From assembly GCA_002269645.1 (NCBI GenBank), contig NIVC01004681.1, positions 1-38,268 of the forward strand: a stretch of DNA of 38,268 nt, written 5' to 3'. Below, piece by piece: positions 10,230 to 18,902 of the stretch (position 1 is its first letter; the number at the start of each line of letters is the position of its first letter). This stretch comes from Macrostomum lignano. Its lineage: Eukaryota. The translations under genes were made by a program, and so were the position numbers. The notes under the pieces were generated by a model that saw nothing but the letters and a program-made list of their open reading frames with translations, was not told where the DNA came from and made no database searches.

Positions 10230-11338
10230 TAAAGTTCCCGGTCTTTTTATATTATTTCTAGAACCTGAAGGGAGAATAATGCTCCAGACATATACTCTAG
10301 AAAATCAGTACACTTTCTTAGAAGGTCGGTATACTGATATGAAGTTTCTTCACTTTAGCTTCTGGCCATCCTAGGTTTTGGTAGTCGGACTTTCAGTTGT
10401 GTAAACATTCTGAAATCGTGTATAGACCTCCTAAAGCGAAAAATATCTTAAGTAGTTGTCAAACATTTTTCTATGCGGCCAAGTGAATCTCGACTTGGCT
10501 GTTGTGCGCTCTATTATGCTTGCCCATACAGTTAAGTAGTAAGTTTTTCAGCTCAAAGGTTAGGTACTATTGGGGCATTCAACTGCATGCTCTTGTTCTT
10601 AACCATACAAGTCCATGTTATACACTTTATTATGAGTAGCGCAATGAACGTTTGAGAGTCCTGAAGGTAACTCTCACCCTCGTCAGGAGAACCGACGTAT
10701 GCCTATGTCAGAGTAGTAAGTTTTTCAGGGGACATGCAATATCTGCCGTGTCTTGACCATACTGTCTTTAATGCCTCGTATAAGAATGTTTAAAGTCAAT
10801 TGTTACTCTGAGAATATATCAAGGAACTTATAAAAGTATTTTAGTAGAAATATGAGGGGCTATTCGCCCCTTACGAGGGGCATTTCGCCCCTCATAATTA
10901 TAAGCCCATCTTGACTACTAAATATCGTCGCTCAGTAGAGTGATAAGCGTAATAAAAAGACTGAGCGCACTCTTGCGATAAAGCAAAGATATGATATAAA
11001 TTTCCCTGTCTTTTTATATTATTTCTGGAATCTGAAGAGAGAATAATGCTCCAGACATCTACTCTAGAAAATCAGTACACTTTCTTAGAAGGTCGATATA
11101 CTGATATGACGTTACTTCACTTTAGCTTCTGGCCATCCTAGGTTTTGGTAGTCGGACTTTCAGTTATGTAAATGTGTTCAAAGTCAATTGTTACTCAGAG
11201 AATATAGGAAAGGAACTTATAAAAGTGTTTTAGTAGAGATAGGAGGGGCTATTTGCCCCTCAAGAGGGGCATTTCGCCCCTCATAATTTTAAGCCCATCT
11301 TGACTACTAAATATCGTCGCTCAGTAGAGTGATAAGCG
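10230..11338 (+). repeat. Diverged direct duplication (10230-10412 ~ 11001-11173; 10786-10949 ~ 11176-11338), with a ~370-bp segment present only in the first copy
   Basis: Shared strings such as GAGAATAATGCTCCAGACA...GTAGTCGGACTTTCAGTT and GAGGGGCATTTCGCCCCTCATAAT. Confidence 0.85.
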
Positions 11339-12320
11339 GATAATTCAGATCTAAATCTGAATCTCACCCTATTGGAAAAGAGGCACCCTGAGATCTCACT
11401 GTAGGATTGTAAGATTAGATAGTCCGTATAATATATGTTAGATGTGACCCCTATCTCATACCCGAAAAACGTATCTAAAGGTAAATCTCACCTAATCGGA
11501 AAAGTCTCACCCTGAGATCTCGGATTAGGATGGTATAGAAAATCCTAATGACAAGGTGACCTCTATCTCATACCTTGGAAAAGCGTCGAAAGTAAATGTC
11601 ACTCTATTAAGCTTTTTGGGTTAATTCCCCCCTGACCGCCTACGGAGGTCAATGGACCTCAAATAGTGGCTTAGGTTGATAGAGAAACGAAAGAATTTAT
11701 AGATTGTATTGCGGAAAAAAAAAGAAAAAAATACATGTATTCTTATGGTGAGGGGCTTCTCGCACATGGCGAGGGGCTTCTCGCGCCCCCTGGAGGGTTT
11801 AATAATTTTAAGCCCATCTTGACTACTAAATATCGTCGCTCAGTAGAGTGATAAGCGGATAATTCAGATCTAAATCTGAATCTCACCCTATTGGAAAAGA
11901 GGCACCCTGAGATCTCACTGTAGGATTGTAAGATTAGATAGTCCGTATAATATATGTTAGATGTGACCCCTATCTCATACCCGAAAAACGTATCTAAAGG
12001 TAAATCTCACCTAATCGGAAAAGTCTCACCCTGAGATCTCGGATTAGGATGGTATAGAAAATCCTAATGACAAGGTGACCTCTATCTCATACCTTGGAAA
12101 AGCGTCGAAAGTAAATGTCACTCTATTAAGCTTTTTTGGGTTAATTCCCCCCCTGACCGCCTACGGAGGTCAAGGGACCTCAAATAGTGGCTTAGGTTGA
12201 TAGAGAAACGAAAGGATTTATAGATTGTATTGCGGAAAAAAAAGAAAAAAATACATGTATTCTTATGGTGAGGGGCTTCTCGCACATGGCGAGGGGCTTC
12301 TCGCGCCCCCTGGAGGGGCT
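11283..12320 (+). repeat. Near-perfect 519-bp tandem duplication
   Basis: Units start at 11283 and 11802 and differ by a few substitutions and homopolymer lengths. Confidence 0.95.
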
Positions 12321-12406
12321 TTTCGCAAGGTAAGGGGCGAAGAGCCCCTCGCCGCGAGAACCCCCTCGTGAGGGGGTTAGTCCGCCAGGAGCCCCTCGGA
12401 TGCAGA

Positions 12407-12486
12407 TTAGGGTTAGGGTTAGGGTTAGGGTTAGGCTAGGGTTAGGGTTAGGGTTAGGGTTAGGGTTAGGCTAGAGTTAGGGTTAG
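12407..12486 (+). repeat. Interstitial (TTAGGG)n array with TTAGGC/CTAGGG variants
   Basis: Read directly. Confidence 0.95.
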
Positions 12487-13021
12487 AAGGTTGACAGATA
12501 TTTTTAGATTTCCAAGGCTTATTGGGGGCATTGCTGAGATGTCAAGGGGGGAAGTTGATATGTTAAAGCTTGTGGGGGGGGGAATTACTGACATTTCAAG
12601 GCTGACAAGTTTTGACAGGAGATTTTTTAAGATTTCAAGGATACCTGTAGCTTATTAAAAAAACGTGTATTGCATTTCTTTGGCTCCCCAACGGGGGGCG
12701 TAGATTGCTAGTTAAGAAGCTACTTTTAACATCCACTTTATTTTTAAAATTTACTTTAGAAAGGTGCTTTGATCTGCTCAGGTCTAGAAGAGACAAAACA
12801 CCAGGAAACCAGAGTAGCCAGGGAAGATTTAAATATTTTTATTATACATGATTGCTTTAAATTTGCTTTTAAATTTTATAAGTGACACATTTCAAAGATA
12901 TGCCAAAATCAGTCTGTTCTAAAAGGGCATTTTCCAAAAATCCAGTAACATTTTTATGGAATCCAGGAACATGTTTATCGAATCCAGTAACATGTAACAA
13001 GTAACATAGTAACAAGATCTG

Positions 13022-13874
13022 ATGCTTCAGAATTCCGCGCTAGATTTGCTGGCCGACGCAGCTGTCATGGTGGCAGCTGCAGACAGTACAGGTGACGCAC
13101 CAGGAGTTGGCACCACAAGCGCACCACAGTGCACCACAAGTGAAGCTGTGGCTTCAACCTCTCCGACATATGGGTGGTTATTCGCTTTGCCTAATTTTTT
13201 TAAAAACGTCGGTGAGTCATTTTGCTCATTTGTGCGTTTGGTACCTTGGTATAAAAGACATTTGGTAATACTCGGGCCTAGTGAGTATGGATGGTGATGT
13301 GCCGGACATCGAGGACGTCGAGGAAGATCATCGAGAAGTAGACATAAAAGTGTCATTCATTCGTAACCCCGCAGCTCTGAAGAATGACGAAAATGTCGTC
13401 ACCATTGGTCGGGACATATCATGTACGGAAGTGTTGATGGAAGGAAATGATCCCAATATCCTTCTGTACTCACGAAGGCATTTGGAGATAAAAAGAGTAA
13501 GTCTTATTTCACAGTCGGGACTCCTGAGAATCGGATGAGTCAAGATGAGTCAATCGAACCAAGTTATCCGTTGTTTTGTAGCATAACGCTGGCGGCACTC
13601 CCGTGACGGTGATAAAAGACCTGAGCAGCAATGGCACATTCGTTAATGGCCAAGCAGTTGGTGAGTTTAGATACTTTGCCTTACACTTGTTAATTATACT
13701 TTACTTGCTTTGGTAGTAGCATGGTATACGCAGAATGTAAACGACGGTTTCTTTTCTTAATATTTTTTCTACTCAGGGCGCAATCAGATTCAACGGCTAA
13801 GAAGCGCCGACATCATTTCGCTGGCACTCGCGGCCAACAAGGCCTGGATATACGTTGAAACAAGCCGATTTTAA
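13022..13874 (+). CDS. Stand-alone CHK2-type FHA-domain protein, 193 aa, no kinase domain. Exons 13022-13211, 13282-13496, 13582-13660, 13777-13874.
   Basis: Spliced translation reads VTIGRD...YSRRHLEIKR|HNAGG...IKDLSSNGTFVNGQAVG...IISLALAANKAWIYVETSRF*, with the GR, SxxH and NGTFVN motifs of the CHK2 FHA. Exon lengths sum to 582 nt in frame. Exon 1 boundary is less certain. Confidence 0.85.
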
Positions 13875-15306
13875 AAGCTGCATTTTATGCATTGTATGCA
13901 TTTACATAAGCATATAAACACTTTCTCAAAAATAAGTTCAGATAGTGTAATTGCATGTTTATCCATCGTCAATATCCGTACATCCGGCCTTCGCCCCTCC
14001 TTAGCTCTAATTTTGCGCTAACTGTTTAAATATAACTAGCTGACCACTATGATTTACCATCGCCCATTGTCCGAAAGTGAATGAATAAACATATGCCTGT
14101 AGCATCAAAATGTCCGCTGTACACCAACAGCAGGTAATATAGGAGGGAAAAGGTTATTCTGTTGGCAGTCTTGCATTATTTTAATGACGTCGCAGTTACG
14201 CTACTACTACTAATAAGCAGCCTGAGCAACCTAGAAGTTGGATACTAAGTATTTTGTAGAAGCGTAGAAGCGATTCCCGTCGAAATCCGGGGTCAATAGG
14301 TCACTCTATGGGACCAGTCTGTTGTGCAATACTTAGCCTAGGCAAACGCTATAAAACGACTGAGGGAATTATTACGCTTTACTTGGCGCGTTGCCAAAAA
14401 AAACGGCGGCATCTACCGGCGCGACGCGAGCGTCTATACACACTTTAATAAATACCCAATCGTCTGACGGTAGCGGCGCCACTTTGGCGCCAATAGCGCC
14501 GAAGCTGGAGCCTTGGAAACTTGCAACTCTAGCCCTAAAAATATTGAGGGAATTATTACACTTTGTGGCAACGGCTGCCAGTCGACAGCGGAAGCACATC
14601 TAGCGACGTGTGTGGCGTCGTTAGAGCGAGCACAGCCTGGACTACATAGTGGGCTGGTCGGCCAGTCAGAATAGAACAGCTAAAAACTTCTATACTACTT
14701 ATGGTAGCAAGTAGCGGGTTTCTTAGGTGTAAAACGGCTGAAGATAGTTTAGCTTGCGTCGGACAGTCTCGCGACCGTCAAATTCCGACTATACGTGTCG
14801 AAATACATCGGACTAGGTGTCTTTGTTTTTTTCAAAGTGTCTCTGCCAAAATTTTGTACTTCGGGGTCTAAGGGATTGACTGGCCACTTTCCGGAAGTCT
14901 GTCGCGGCGGAATCTACCACGAGCAGGTGGCACCCAATTCCGATGAATGCAATTCGATAGAGCATCACTAGAGCTTTCCAACGACACCAAGAACGTCCGG
15001 AAATACCCAGGGGAAGGCTGGCTAATCGCACTCAAAGTGTCCAGCGTACCTCCATGCGCAGAAACGGTGAGGGGGCAATTACACTTTGCGGGAACGGCTG
15101 CCAGCCGGAAACGGTAGCACATCTATTGATGAGACAAACAGCATCCGACGCATGGATAGATGCTCTATCACTTCTTAAATTCTCACCTGCCCAGACATCG
15201 GTCACGAAAGTGATTTCCGAGTGCCCCTTAATTTTGATGGATCTCGGCCGGACTTGACCCCCTGTACTCTTGGATAAATGTAGAAGCGATCCCCGTCGAA
15301 ATCGAT

Positions 15307-16095
15307 AACCCTAACCCTATTTAACCCTAACCCTATTTAACTCTAACTCTATTTAACCCTCACCCTTTTTAACCCTAACCCTATTTAACCCTAACCCTAT
15401 TTAACCATAACCCTATTTAACCGTAACCGTCTTTAACCCTAACCCCATTTAACCCTAACCCTATTTAACCCTAACCCTATTTAACCCTAACCCTATTTAA
15501 CCCTAACCCTATTTAACCCTAACCCTTTTAAACCCTCACCCTTTTTAACCCTAACCCTTTTAAACCCTCACCCTTTTTAACCCTAACCCTTTTAAACCCT
15601 CACCCTTTTTAACCCTAACCCTATTTAACCCTAACCCTATTTAACCCTAACCCTATTTAACTCTAACTCTATTTAACCCTCACCCTTTTTAACCCTAACC
15701 CTATTTAACCCTAACCCTATTTAACCATAACCCTATTTAACCGTAACCGTCTTTAACCCTAACCCCATTTAACCCTAACCCTATTTAACCCTAACCCTAT
15801 TTAACCCTAACCCTATTTAACCCTAACCCTATTTAACCCTAACCCCATTTAACCCTAACCCTTTTAAACCCTCACCCTTTTTAACCCTAACCCTTTTAAA
15901 CCCTCACCCTTTTTAACCCTAACCCTTTTAAACCCTCACCCTTTTTAACCCTAACCCTATTTAACCCTAACCCTATTTAACCCTAACCCTATTTAACCCT
16001 AACCCCATTTAACCCTAACCCCATTTAACCCTAACCCTATTTAACCCTAACCCTATTTAACCCTAACCCAATTTAACCCTAACCCCATTTAACCC
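15307..16095 (+). repeat. Telomere-like 16-bp satellite (AACCCTAACCCTATTT), about 49 units with higher-order structure
   Basis: Strict 16-nt period. Variant units AACTCT, AACCAT and AACCGT recur after exactly 20 units (320 bp). Confidence 0.97.
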
Positions 16096-16216
16096 AATGT
16101 CACCTTATGTGACGCTATGTAAACCTAATAGTAACAGTAGCACTAGCACTCCATAGTGTTGTGTAGTTACATGTTCTGTGTACTCCATAGATAACCCTAA
16201 GGTGAAAAAGCAAAGA

Positions 16217-16340
16217 GGGAGACTAATACACCTTGAGGGTGATACATACACTTCAAACCCTAACCTGGGAGTATGATGCACCAAACTGTATCGGGTTCCC
16301 AGAAGTGTATTAGTCTCCCGAAATACAGTATCAGTCTCCC
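16217..16340. repeat. Perfect 15-bp inverted repeat plus a third partial copy, between opposed telomere-like arrays
   Basis: GGGAGACTAATACAC (16217-16231) and GTGTATTAGTCTCCC (16305-16319); GTATCAGTCTCCC (16328-16340). Confidence 0.9.
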
Positions 16341-16350
16341 AGTGTCCGAG

Positions 16351-16608
16351 TTAGGGTTAGGGTTAGGTTAGGATTAGGGTTAGAAGGTTGACAGATATTT
16401 TTAGATTTTAAAGGCTTATTGGGGGCATTGCTGAGATGTCAGGGGGGGGGGAAGTTGATATGTTAAAGCTTGTGGGGGGAATTACTGACATGTCAAGGCT
16501 TACAAGGTTTGACAGGAGATTTTTTAAGATTTCAAGGATACATTTAGCTTATTAAAAAAACGTGTATTGCATTTCTTTGGCTCCCCAACGGGGGGCGTAG
16601 ATTGCTAG
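16351..16608 (+). mobile_element. Short TTAGGG array plus a second copy of the Helitron 3' terminal segment
   Basis: Nearly identical to ~12455-12711. Similarity stops exactly after CTAG|T (16605-16609). Confidence 0.8.
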
Positions 16609-17990
16609 TGAGAATACTCAACTTTGGCCCACCTTCGGGCTCCTAGTCTTTCTTTAGACTTGCCGTCAGACTGAGTTCTGACCCATTCGTCTATAAGACG
16701 AATCCCTGCCGGTCCGCGGTCTGTTACCGCCAAGTTATCTTCAGCTCCCCAAGTGAGCTCGCCTATCGGCCAGCGGTCTGACACCACCCAGCATCATCAG
16801 CTTCGCCTGATCTACACCAGCGCCTCGTCGCTTCAGCGCATCGCCGCTTCACTGTCCGCCTGACTGCAGCCTACAGCCGCCCTCGGTCACTCCGCCTCTC
16901 TCTCTCTCTCTCTCTCTGTGCAGCTGCCGGTAAGTTCCTGTTACTGATTTGTGCTCTAATTGCATTTGCTTATTTGTCCATTGTCTGATTAGAGAGCTGA
17001 GCCAGTTGTGATACCGTACCTTTTGCTGTATTTTTACTCAATAGTGAAGCCGCCTAATTGCCTGATTATTTGCCTAAGGGCCGAATTATTAACTATTAAC
17101 TAACCTCATCATTATTCACTCTTTCACCATCATTTCACTCATGGCTTGTTAAGCCTTTCTTCCGGGGTGGCAAAGCATAGGGAAGTTTGGGTAAGCTAAT
17201 GGCCTCTCTCCGTGCAAAGCCCGCCTGTGCGAGTGCGTGCCGCGGGTCCGTAAGTGCGTGCAGTAGAGGGTATTAGCGAGTCTTGGCACAGAATGGCAGT
17301 AGGAAGGTTGAAACCCCATGCTAACGCGTCCCTTCGCCCTAAGCAATCTAAACTATAGACAGTACATGTTCGCCTCATACTACTCTTAGTAATCAAAGTC
17401 GCAAGTCAGCCTCGCTCACAGCCACAAAGGATCCCCTGCTGAGAAATCCTCCAGATTGAGCCCAGAGTTTCCGATCATGCCCCAAGCAGAGTCCCTGTAC
17501 TCGGCTGCGTGTGTCTCCCCTGTTAGCCTAAATCTCCTGGTAACCATCCCAGGCGGGGCTCTAGCCTCGAGAGGTCTGGTAGAAAGATCCAGGTGCGCCA
17601 GGTCACATAGAGTGGTGGCAGCCACTCGGTCATACCATGACCGAGTGACCAACTATTGCACCTTGGCTACAGGTGGGGTCCATGTGGGTCCTTGGCCCTC
17701 TGGGCACGAAGCGCTACCAAAGCTACTAATCATGTGGGCGGGACAGTCTGGTGCTGGAGGACCGTCAGGTCATTGCCCGGTCATACGCAGCCTACGGTCA
17801 TTGCCCCCTCTAGCCATGCGTTCGTCTCTCAATAGGAGCGGACCGGCGACAAGGGCGGTTACATCAATTGCAATTAAATTGGCAATCAGCTTGTCAAAAC
17901 CTGCAAGTGACTTGTAATCAATTTGCAATAATTGCCCAATCCTTACAATCAGATTGCAATTTTGGACAATTTCCCACAATTTCGAGTGTC
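16609..17990. mobile_element. GC-richer non-coding element arm with (CT)11, a splice-donor-like GTAAGT and the right imperfect inverted repeat
   Basis: (CT)n at 16896-16917; CCG|GTAAGT at 16930; inverted similarity of 17840-17990 to 866-1005. Confidence 0.4.
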
Positions 17991-18902
17991 TAGGGAAAGA
18001 CTAAAGTTAAGATAAATATAGATATGTAGTCTTAGCCATTTTAGTTTTTAAAAATAAAAAGACCTATCATCTTCAAATATGTTTTCATAATTACTATAAT
18101 TTAAATATGAAATGTCCTATTACATATTAAAATCATAATTTTCAAAGGTATCATATAACAAAATATCTAATTCAAGGAAGGTAAACCAGCTAGCTAGACT
18201 ATTCAAATTTGCAATATACTCGTAATGTACTATAAAAATGTTGAAAATCCAAATTAAAAAAGTCTTAGTGTAGAAACCTAGAAAAATGGTTAGTGCAAGC
18301 CTGGTTGTGACTTGGCTTTAAGTTTAACCATTTTGTCTGCCTTAAACTTAAAGTCTGGCTTAAAAACTGATAGCTTTCTAAATTAAAACTATTCCTAGGT
18401 AAAACAAGAAAATGAAAATGGCATTCGTGAACAAGCTCTTTATTTAATTACATAGGCATTGGCCTAGTCCTAGAAAGGGGCCTAGTAATTATTGTACTTA
18501 CTATTGAAATGGAATTATACCTACAATAATGGCTTAATAGTACCTGAATGCAGCATTTTTATTACAAATATACTTGATTCAAGAGGGTAAAAAACAAAAA
18601 GTTCGGCTAATGCCACTTGTGAGCATTTTGTAACTTGGGGCTTATGAAATAAAAAGAAAATAATATGAAGATGAAACTGTCAATACACAACTATATTAAA
18701 ATATAATAGAGTAACATGTTGTGCGAGCTAAATGAAAATAATGGTTATCTTAGCTGCCATAGATCAAATGCAATCATTGATTTTGTGATGAAAAAAAGAT
18801 TTTCTTTTATCTCCGTCTCCACAGTGTATTTTTTTCTAGGAAATCGTCGTCCTAAAAATTTACACGATCTTTGAGTTTTACGTCCTGCTAGTCTAGAAGT
18901 CC

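Larger units (their letters stand above)
4025..12711 (+). mobile_element. Candidate ~8.7-kb non-autonomous Helitron (TC...hairpin-CTAG) with internal gene cassette
   Basis: 5' TCCATCCAATATACTAAAAATG...(TTTG)n...GCTGGACCGATTTTCATG resembles Lep1-type Helitron 5' ends. 3' end is GGCTCCCCAACGGGGGGCGTAGATTG-CTAG (12708-12711) followed by T. No RepHel ORF. Confidence 0.6.

Noticed and set aside
15307-16095. True chromosome end or telomere
   Set aside because: The array is internal, flanked on both sides, and has a 16-nt period rather than a pure hexamer.
983-17863. LTR retrotransposon or solo LTR with TGTAACC...GGTTACA ends
   Set aside because: Inverted similarity extends beyond these ends, and there is no TSD, PBS, PPT or gag/pol. 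Kept only as an inverted-repeat finding.
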